64,000 bases of DNA from Bacteroidota bacterium (GTDB lineage Bacteria > Bacteroidota > Bacteroidia > Bacteroidales > GWA2-32-17). This document shows, in pieces, positions 57,529 through 64,000 of this stretch. Under the pieces are notes generated by a model, which did no database searches, had not been told where the DNA came from, and saw only the letters and a list, made by a program, of their open reading frames with translations. The DNA lies in assembly GCA_037441645.1 (NCBI GenBank), contig JBBIRU010000010.1:34544-98543 (forward strand), written 5' to 3'. Position numbers and translations under genes: made by a program. The stretch's first letter is position 1. Each line of letters opens with the position of its first letter.

Positions 57529-58161
57529 ATGATTTACCTCATATCTTTTATTATCCTCTCCTACCTGATTGGTTCAGTACCAACCGCAGTATGGATTGGA
57601 AAGATTTTCTACGGCAAAGATGTTCGCGATTATGGTAGTGGAAATGCAGGTGCCACTAATACTTTCCGGGTATTAGGTGTAAAAGCCGGCATCCCGGTTT
57701 TTATAATTGATGCGCTCAAAGGTTGGGTTCCCGCTTTTTTTGCACAACAGTTATCTTACCTGTTACCTTTTACTACCGATGAACTTTTATTCCCCATTAT
57801 TATTGGTATTGTAGCAGTAATTGGACACATCTTCCCTCTGTTTGCACAATTCAGAGGAGGAAAAGGAGTGGCAACCATTTTAGGTGTTGCCGTTGCTATT
57901 GAACCTTTAGGAGCCAGTATCTGTGCCGGAATATTTTTAATATTCTTACTGTTAACAAAATATGTTTCATTAGGATCATTAATTGCAGGTATTTGTTTCC
58001 CCCTGCTTTTAAATCTGATTATCGGCACTCAGTCAACTACCCTGGTTATTTTCTCCATTCTGGCTACCGTTATGCTTTTTGTAACACATAAGAAGAACCT
58101 GAAAAGATTATTTGCAGGCACGGAAAACAAAACATACATTATTAAGAAGAAACAATTCTGA
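57529..58161 (+). CDS. plsY: Glycerol-3-phosphate acyltransferase PlsY
   Basis: 210 aa, polytopic. GSGNAGATN and FRGGKGVAT motifs. Confidence 0.9.
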   Translation: MIYLISFIILSYLIGSVPTAVWIGKIFYGKDVRDYGSGNAGATNTFRVLGVKAGIPVFIIDALKGWVPAFFAQQLSYLLPFTTDELLFPIIIGIVAVIGHIFPLFAQFRGGKGVATILGVAVAIEPLGASICAGIFLIFLLLTKYVSLGSLIAGICFPLLLNLIIGTQSTTLVIFSILATVMLFVTHKKNLKRLFAGTENKTYIIKKKQF

Positions 58162-58162
58162 G

Positions 58163-59032
58163 TTACTTTTTCACAATCTCTTCCAGAGCGCTTTTCATAT
58201 CCGGGTATTTAAAAATAAATCCTTTTTCGATAAGTTTTGCCGGGATCACATGCTGTCCATCCATCAATACTTTTGCGCCTTCACCAAAGAGTAATGTAAG
58301 AAACCACGAAGGAATGTTAAAAAATGCTGAAGTCTTTAACGCCCGCGCAAGTTCTATTGTAAACTCACGGTTTGTAGTGTTTTCGGGTGCAACAACATTA
58401 TATACTCCATGCGAAATAGATTTGTTAAGAATACCGGAAACTACCCCGGTAAGATCGTCAATGTGAATAAAACTGAATTTTTGTTTTCCGTTACCTATTT
58501 TGCCTCCCAGCCCTTTTCTGAATACCGGTAATATTTTTTTTAGCATACCTCCATCTTTTCCAAGCACAATACCGAGCCGAAGAAGGCTCACTGAAACTCC
58601 AAATTCCATAGCTACATTGGCACAATGTTCCCAGTCTTTTATCACTTTGCTTAAATAATCGTAAGCAATAAAGTTACTTTCCTCGTGGTGGCTGTGTATA
58701 TTATCATAAATCCCGATTGCCGATGCGTTAATCAGTATTTCGGGCCGCTTATCGCACAGCCTGATGGCATCAACAATTTTCCGGGTAGTATTTATCCTGC
58801 TGGTATATATTTCCCGCTTGTGTTTTCTTGTCCACCGTTTCGAAATAGATGCCCCGGATAAATTAATAACAGCATAAGCATTATTAATCTTTTCTGAAAA
58901 TTGTTCCGGCGATAAAGCAATATCCGATCTTCCGATTTCAATAATCTGAAAATCATATTTTGTCAGGTAATTAACAAGATTACTTCCAATAAAGCCGTTC
59001 GCCCCGGAAATAACAATTTTCATATTAAGCAT
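58163..59032 (-). CDS. NAD-dependent epimerase-like protein (YfcH/TIGR01777-type)
   Basis: Rossmann motif ISGANGFIGSNL. The C-terminal GQHVIPAKLIEKGFIFKYPDMKSALEEI is typical of the YfcH family. The start is either 59032 (8-nt overlap with cdaA) or 59023. Confidence 0.7.
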   Translation of the reverse strand: MLNMKIVISGANGFIGSNLVNYLTKYDFQIIEIGRSDIALSPEQFSEKINNAYAVINLSGASISKRWTRKHKREIYTSRINTTRKIVDAIRLCDKRPEILINASAIGIYDNIHSHHEESNFIAYDYLSKVIKDWEHCANVAMEFGVSVSLLRLGIVLGKDGGMLKKILPVFRKGLGGKIGNGKQKFSFIHIDDLTGVVSGILNKSISHGVYNVVAPENTTNREFTIELARALKTSAFFNIPSWFLTLLFGEGAKVLMDGQHVIPAKLIEKGFIFKYPDMKSALEEIVKK

Positions 59033-59810
59033 TGAATTCTTTATCCAGAATTTCTGATAATTGAACTATTGAAATATCATATTCGAGAATACCATCAATG
59101 GCATAGGAAATTGTGCCGGTTTCTTCAGAAACAACAATAATAAAAGAATCGGTAGCTTCCGACATACCCAGCGCCGCCCTGTGGCGTGTACCAAAATGCG
59201 GGGGAAGATCAATCCGGTCGGAAACAGGTAAAATACAACGTGCAGATTGTATTTTATTATTAAAAATAATCACAGCTCCGTCGTGCAGGGGACTGTCTTT
59301 GGAAAAAACCGATTCCAGTATCCGGCTCGAAATATGGGCATCAAGCACATCGCCAATATGCGAATAATTGTCAAGGCTCATTTTTTTTGCAATTACAATA
59401 AGTGCACCTGTCTTCTTTTTCGACATGTTCTCAACAGCCACAATTATTGATCTGGTATTTAAACCAATGGAAGGTTTAAATTTTAAGCTGAATAAACGGG
59501 AAAAACGAAGCCTGTAATTTTCTGTAAAATATTTTGAACCTATCAGCAAAAGAAACCTTCTTACTTCCTGCTGAAATACAATAATAAGCGCTATTGCCCC
59601 TACTCCCATAACCTGGCCCAAAATAGCGCTGAGCATTTGCATTTTCAGTGCTTTTACAACTACCCAAACAACATAAATTATGGCAATTCCCACAAAAATA
59701 TTCATGGCAATAGATCCTTTTATCAGCATGTAAACCTTATAAAGCAAAAATGCTACAAGAAGAATATCCAGGATATCAAAAAAGGAAATATTTATAAAAA
59801 CAGGAATCAA
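59025..59810 (-). CDS. cdaA: Diadenylate cyclase CdaA (c-di-AMP synthase)
   Basis: Three N-terminal TM helices, then DAC-domain motifs TGALIVI, HDGAVII and GTRHRAALG. The only plausible start is TTG at 59810. Confidence 0.88.
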   Translation of the reverse strand: MIPVFINISFFDILDILLVAFLLYKVYMLIKGSIAMNIFVGIAIIYVVWVVVKALKMQMLSAILGQVMGVGAIALIIVFQQEVRRFLLLIGSKYFTENYRLRFSRLFSLKFKPSIGLNTRSIIVAVENMSKKKTGALIVIAKKMSLDNYSHIGDVLDAHISSRILESVFSKDSPLHDGAVIIFNNKIQSARCILPVSDRIDLPPHFGTRHRAALGMSEATDSFIIVVSEETGTISYAIDGILEYDISIVQLSEILDKEFNA

Positions 59811-59917
59811 GTTGATTTACGGTTTAGAATTTACTGTTTGTATTACCATATAACTAATGGCTATTGGCAAATGGTTATTTTATGTTTTGGGTTTCAGAAT
59901 GTAAAAGTACAAAAAAA

Positions 59918-60778
59918 TCAGGAATTTTTATAAAAAGTCATGATACGGATGGCTTCCATCACCGGTTTTACATCGTGAACACGCAAAATATCAGCACCAT
60001 TAAGCATGGCTATAACCTGCACTACCTGGGTTCCGTTCAGCGATTCATCAGGATTGGTACCTAGTAATTTATATATCATCGACTTTCTTGATACTCCCAC
60101 TAAAACCGGACATTCAAGCATATAAAAAGAATGTAATTCCTTCAACAGTTTATAGTTATGTTCCGTTTTTTTTCCAAATCCAAACCCGGGATCAATAATT
60201 AAATCCTTACACCCTTTTGACCTTAAATAATTGACTTTCGGGGAAAAATAACTTAAAATTTCATTTGTTACATTTTCATAAACCGGTTGTTTTTGCATGT
60301 CAGGCGGTGTTCCTTTCATGTGCATCATCACATAAGGAACATTCAGGCCAATCACTGTATCAAACATATTTCTATCCAGATCGCCGGCAGATATATCATT
60401 AATCATGTAAAAACCAAATTCTTCAACTGCCATTTTTGCCACTGCCGAACGAAAAGTATCAATAGAAAACCAGGTTTCGGGAAATTCTTTCGACAAAACA
60501 TTCAATACGGGTTTTAACCTGTTTATTTCTTCTTCTTCAGAAACAGGAACAGAACCCGGACGGGTCGAAACAGCCCCAATATCAATTATGGAAGCTCCCT
60601 CTGAAATCATTTTCCGTACCTGCTCAACCATTTCTGTTTTCGAACTGTAATGTCCGCCGTCATAAAACGAATCGGGAGTTATGTTCAGAATTCCCATCAC
60701 CAGCGGTTGATTAAATTCAAGCAGATGGCCCCTGAACCGTATGGTTTTATTTTTACAAAAAAATGTATCTTTACCCAT
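59918..60778 (-). CDS. folP: Dihydropteroate synthase
   Basis: GILNITPDSFYDGG, DIGAVSTRPG, DPGFGFGK and VGVSRKS. The ATG at 60778 is preferred over the TTG at 60784. Confidence 0.92.
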   Translation of the reverse strand: MGKDTFFCKNKTIRFRGHLLEFNQPLVMGILNITPDSFYDGGHYSSKTEMVEQVRKMISEGASIIDIGAVSTRPGSVPVSEEEEINRLKPVLNVLSKEFPETWFSIDTFRSAVAKMAVEEFGFYMINDISAGDLDRNMFDTVIGLNVPYVMMHMKGTPPDMQKQPVYENVTNEILSYFSPKVNYLRSKGCKDLIIDPGFGFGKKTEHNYKLLKELHSFYMLECPVLVGVSRKSMIYKLLGTNPDESLNGTQVVQVIAMLNGADILRVHDVKPVMEAIRIMTFYKNS

Positions 60779-60796
60779 ATTCAAAATGAAATTTTA

Positions 60797-60804
60797 CAAA
60801 GTTA
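60797..60804 (-). promoter_or_regulatory. -7 promoter box (TAacTTTG on the minus strand) upstream of folP
   Basis: The + strand caaagtta is the reverse complement of taactttg. It lies 18 nt upstream of the ATG at 60778. Confidence 0.4.
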
Positions 60805-60824
60805 ATTAAACACACCGGGTTTTT

Positions 60825-61508
60825 ATGCATTTTATAGTTCTTGAAGGGCTCGATGGCGCAGGGAAATCAACCCAGGTAAATCTGATCAAGGAATTCCTGG
60901 AAAAGAAAAATATTCAGACACGGTTTCTTCATTTTCCCAGGACCGATTCGCCTTTTTATGGTGAGATGATTGCCCGCTTCCTGAGGGGAGAGTTTGGAAA
61001 TCTCGACAGTGTTAATCCCTATATTGTTGCCATGCTCTATGCCGGCGACAGGAAAGACGCTACGGATATCATTCAGCAATGGCTTAACAAAGAGTACGTT
61101 GTTATAGCCGATCGTTATGTTTATTCGAATATCGCATACCAGTGCGCCAAACTTCATTCAAAAGGCGAGAAAGAAAAACTCTCGAAATGGATACTTGAAT
61201 TTGAATTTGAGTATTATAAAATTCCAAAGCCTTCCATCAATCTTTTTTTAGATGTACCCTTTGTTTTTACCAGGAACAAGCTTACACAGGCACGCACCGG
61301 CGAAGAAAGAGATTATCTTAAAGGAGTATCAGATATTCACGAAGAAAATCTTTTATTCCAGGAGCAGGTAAGACAGGAATATCTCAGTTTATGCCAGACA
61401 GAAAAGAATTTTACCAGGATTGACTGTAGCAACTCCACATCAGAGATGTTACCCCCGGAAGATATCTTTAAGAAAATTAAAGAATTACTCGAAAAAAAAC
61501 TTAAATAA
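60825..61508 (+). CDS. tmk: dTMP (thymidylate) kinase
   Basis: MHFIVLEGLDGAGKSTQ P-loop, and a DRY motif region (IADRYVYSNIAYQ). Confidence 0.85.
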   Translation: MHFIVLEGLDGAGKSTQVNLIKEFLEKKNIQTRFLHFPRTDSPFYGEMIARFLRGEFGNLDSVNPYIVAMLYAGDRKDATDIIQQWLNKEYVVIADRYVYSNIAYQCAKLHSKGEKEKLSKWILEFEFEYYKIPKPSINLFLDVPFVFTRNKLTQARTGEERDYLKGVSDIHEENLLFQEQVRQEYLSLCQTEKNFTRIDCSNSTSEMLPPEDIFKKIKELLEKKLK

Positions 61509-61588
61509 TTTTAAAAACATCTTTAACTCTCCTTTTACATTGTATTTAGTATTATAATTCATTATTTTTATCCGCAAATATTATTCTT

Positions 61589-62731
61589 ATGAGCATTGTA
61601 CGACTTATCAGCCGGATTTTAGTAGGATTGTTATTTATGTTTTCGGGATTCATCAAGGGAGTTGATCCCTGGGGTTCTGCCTATAAATTCAAAGAATATT
61701 TCGAAGCGCTGGGAATGGAAGCCCTTGCCCCGTATGCATTGCAGATTTCGATCCTGTTAATTGCCGGGGAATTCATTGTAGGATTTTGTATAATGTTTGG
61801 ATTTAAACTGCGACTCGCTTCCTGGGCATCGCTTTTCCTGATGCTCATTTTCCTGCCCCTCACCCTCTGGCTGGCTGTTTCGAACAAAGTGTCGGATTGC
61901 GGCTGTTTTGGCGATGCTATTAAACTTACCAACTGGCAAACATTTTACAAAAATGTAATCATTATGATTCCAACCCTCCTGATTTTTATACAACGCAACC
62001 GATTCAAATCCATTTTCAGTTGCGGAAAGCAATGGTTATTCTCGGGAATCGGCGCATTTATTATCTGCGGAATCATGTACTATTCATACGCACACCTTCC
62101 TCTCATTGATTTCCTTCCCTATAAAAAAGGAGCCAGCCTTACTGCCCTGATGACAGTTCCCGAAGGCGCACCGAAAGATGAATTCGAACAGTTCATTAAA
62201 TTAAAAGATACAACCTCCGGTAAAGAAATTGAAGTTACTGTTACAGCTTATACCAATGACTCCACGTACTGGGGAACAGGAACAAAGTACAAATACCTGA
62301 GTATTTCCGAAGCACGTCTTGTTAAGGAAGGCGCCAAACCTGCTATTCATGACTTTACTATCAATGATTCCAAAGGAGAAAACCTTCTTGATTCTGTTCT
62401 TCATTTTAAAAAATATGCATTTCTGTTTATTGCAAAAAAAGTTGAAGAAGCTGACAAAGAAAACATAAAGAGGGTAAATGAACTTGCCCGTTTTGCAACA
62501 GAAAAGAATTATATTTTTATGGGCATCACTGCTTCTCTGAAAGAACAGTCAAATGCATTTATTGTGGAAACACAGGCGCCCTATATTTTCTATACCTGCG
62601 ACGAAACAGCCCTGAAAACCATGATCCGTTCAAACCCGGGTCTTATTGTACTTAAGAACGGTGTTGTGGTTGAAAAATATCATTATAACGACATTCCCAC
62701 AGTAGAAGAATTTAAAAAGAATTTTGAGTAG
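61589..62731 (+). CDS. DoxX-like membrane protein with a C-terminal soluble domain
   Basis: The N-terminal four TM helices (ILVGLLFMFSGFIKGVDPWG...) are DoxX-like, with CGCFG after TM3. The C-terminal roughly 190 aa are soluble. Its position upstream of tpiA is as in Bacteroides. Confidence 0.55.
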   Translation: MSIVRLISRILVGLLFMFSGFIKGVDPWGSAYKFKEYFEALGMEALAPYALQISILLIAGEFIVGFCIMFGFKLRLASWASLFLMLIFLPLTLWLAVSNKVSDCGCFGDAIKLTNWQTFYKNVIIMIPTLLIFIQRNRFKSIFSCGKQWLFSGIGAFIICGIMYYSYAHLPLIDFLPYKKGASLTALMTVPEGAPKDEFEQFIKLKDTTSGKEIEVTVTAYTNDSTYWGTGTKYKYLSISEARLVKEGAKPAIHDFTINDSKGENLLDSVLHFKKYAFLFIAKKVEEADKENIKRVNELARFATEKNYIFMGITASLKEQSNAFIVETQAPYIFYTCDETALKTMIRSNPGLIVLKNGVVVEKYHYNDIPTVEEFKKNFE

Positions 62732-62825
62732 AAAAAAATGCCATTACATTTCTAAGGCACAAAAATCACTAAAGAAAATACAGTCATGAAATTTCCAAAC
62801 TTTACTCATTAAAACTAAAAAGGAT

Positions 62826-63584
62826 ATGAGAACACGCATAGCAGCAGGAAACTGGAAAATGAACACTTCCTTACAGGAGGGAATACAGTTGGCAAAAAAA
62901 ATAGAACACGTTGTTACAAATTTTCCTTTGGAAAATAAAATTATCATACTGGGAACCCCTTTCACACACATTTCACCCGTAGCCGGGGAAATAAGGAACA
63001 GGAAAATTTCGGTGGCAGCCCAGAATTGCGCAGCCTGGGAAAAAGGAGCCTATACAGGCGAAGTTTCTGCTGAAATGATTGCTTCAACCGGTGCACGATA
63101 TGTTATAATAGGGCACTCCGAACGCCGCCAGTATTTTAAAGAAGATAGCAATACCTTATATACAAAAGTCAGGCTTTGCCTCAGCCATTCATTGATACCA
63201 ATATTCTGCTGCGGGGAAATACTGCAGGAACGGGAATCGGAAAACCAGTATAATGTGGTAAAAAAACAACTGGAAGAAGGTCTTTTCGGACTCAGCCCGG
63301 AAGATTTTGGTAAAGTTGTTATCGCTTACGAACCGGTGTGGGCTATTGGCACAGGTAAGACCGCCACACCCATCCAGGCACAGGATATGCACGCGTATAT
63401 AAGAAAATTAATTACCAGCAAGTACGGTTTAATGTTTTCTTCGGAAACCTCCATTCTCTACGGCGGAAGCTGCAATGCACGCAACGCCTATGAACTATTC
63501 TCCCAGCCCGATGTGGATGGAGGACTGGTAGGCGGCGCTTCGCTCAATGCCGATGAATTTATTGAAATAATCAAGGCTTTGTAA
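62826..63584 (+). CDS. tpiA: Triosephosphate isomerase
   Basis: AGNWKMN, IGHSERR, AYEPVWAIGTG and GGASL. Confidence 0.95.
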   Translation: MRTRIAAGNWKMNTSLQEGIQLAKKIEHVVTNFPLENKIIILGTPFTHISPVAGEIRNRKISVAAQNCAAWEKGAYTGEVSAEMIASTGARYVIIGHSERRQYFKEDSNTLYTKVRLCLSHSLIPIFCCGEILQERESENQYNVVKKQLEEGLFGLSPEDFGKVVIAYEPVWAIGTGKTATPIQAQDMHAYIRKLITSKYGLMFSSETSILYGGSCNARNAYELFSQPDVDGGLVGGASLNADEFIEIIKAL

Positions 63585-63641
63585 TTACACCACTATTTAT
63601 CCATACTTCAGGCTCGCACCGGCAGGGTCGTTTTTTCAATG

Positions 63642-63681
63642 TAACAAAGTCAAAATGTTACAAAACATTTTGACTTTGTTA
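63642..63681. repeat. Perfect 18-bp inverted repeat with a 4-nt loop
   Basis: taacaaagtcaaaatgtt (63642-63659), acaa, aacattttgactttgtta (63664-63681). It lies 10 nt upstream of a TAnnTTTG box. Confidence 0.9.
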
Positions 63682-63690
63682 GAGAATGTT

Positions 63691-63698
63691 TATTTTTG
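63691..63698 (+). promoter_or_regulatory. -7 promoter box (TAttTTTG)
   Basis: tatttttg lies 17 nt upstream of the ATG at 63716. Confidence 0.4.
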
Positions 63699-63715
63699 CA
63701 CAAAACATTACCACT

Positions 63716-64000
63716 ATGAAAAATAAAAAATTTTTATTATTAGCTTTGTTATTAGTTCAGCTAGTAACATTTGGACAAGTCCAGTTATCCAAAGATTTCA
63801 AGGTCACTGTAGGAACTCCCTATCCTGTTGTCGATGCGGCCAATAAGGACTATTTCTCTGACGGAAAAGGCCATGTCATTTCAGTAAAAACCGATGGCGA
63901 AAAGGTTACCTTACAAAGATATGACATCGGAACCATGAAGGAATTAAGCCGGAAAGAATATGAAGATTTTCCCCCGTACAACAAGATCCAGGACATACTG
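63716..64000 (+). CDS. Secreted protein of unknown function (N-terminal fragment, continues beyond the window)
   Basis: MKNKKFLLLALLLVQLVTFGQ is a signal peptide. The frame stays open to the window end (95 codons). Confidence 0.55.
   Translation, partial: MKNKKFLLLALLLVQLVTFGQVQLSKDFKVTVGTPYPVVDAANKDYFSDGKGHVISVKTDGEKVTLQRYDIGTMKELSRKEYEDFPPYNKIQDIL

Noticed and set aside
1-64000. tRNA, rRNA, transposase, integrase, phage or toxin-antitoxin genes
   Set aside because: I inspected all intergenic regions longer than 80 bp by eye and saw no cloverleaf-like tRNA, no rRNA-like sequence, and no ORF with DDE, tyrosine- or serine-recombinase motifs. The window looks like core chromosome apart from the small repeat element.

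Overview
This is a dense, AT-rich chromosomal window of about 50 protein-coding genes, and it looks like a Bacteroidota genome. Three things support that call. Two proteins carry T9SS C-terminal sorting domains. TAnnTTTG -7 boxes sit 15-30 nt upstream of many start codons, and Shine-Dalgarno sequences are mostly absent. The rsfS-ftsH-cdsA-psd, ftsK-lolA and folP-cdaA arrangements also fit. korAB, carbamate kinase and a nitroreductase suggest an anaerobic lifestyle. Most genes are housekeeping: trmD, purB, purS, lysC, a DAHP synthase/chorismate mutase, ftsH, ftsK, korAB, plsY, folP, tmk, tpiA, sppA and an AddAB-type helicase-nuclease pair. I found no rRNA, tRNA, CRISPR array, transposase or integrase.

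The most unusual locus is a tightly packed five-gene operon at 29641-35158. It encodes a PqqD-like small protein, an ATP-grasp ligase, a fold-type III PLP decarboxylase, a urea-transporter-like membrane domain fused to an M23 peptidase, and a secreted TPR protein. I cannot map it to any characterised pathway, and no precursor peptide is visible.

Other items worth a second look:
- a pentapeptide-repeat / 2-TM K+ channel fusion
- two tandem TPR/transmembrane/coiled-coil/SpoIIE-phosphatase paralogs that differ by a 21-bp in-frame duplication
- a 240-bp nested palindromic MITE-like element
- an 18-bp perfect inverted repeat next to a promoter box
- an arcC-argF pair without arcA or aguA, carrying a canonical SD sequence

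All functional calls rest on motifs read by eye from the supplied translations. No database search was possible.
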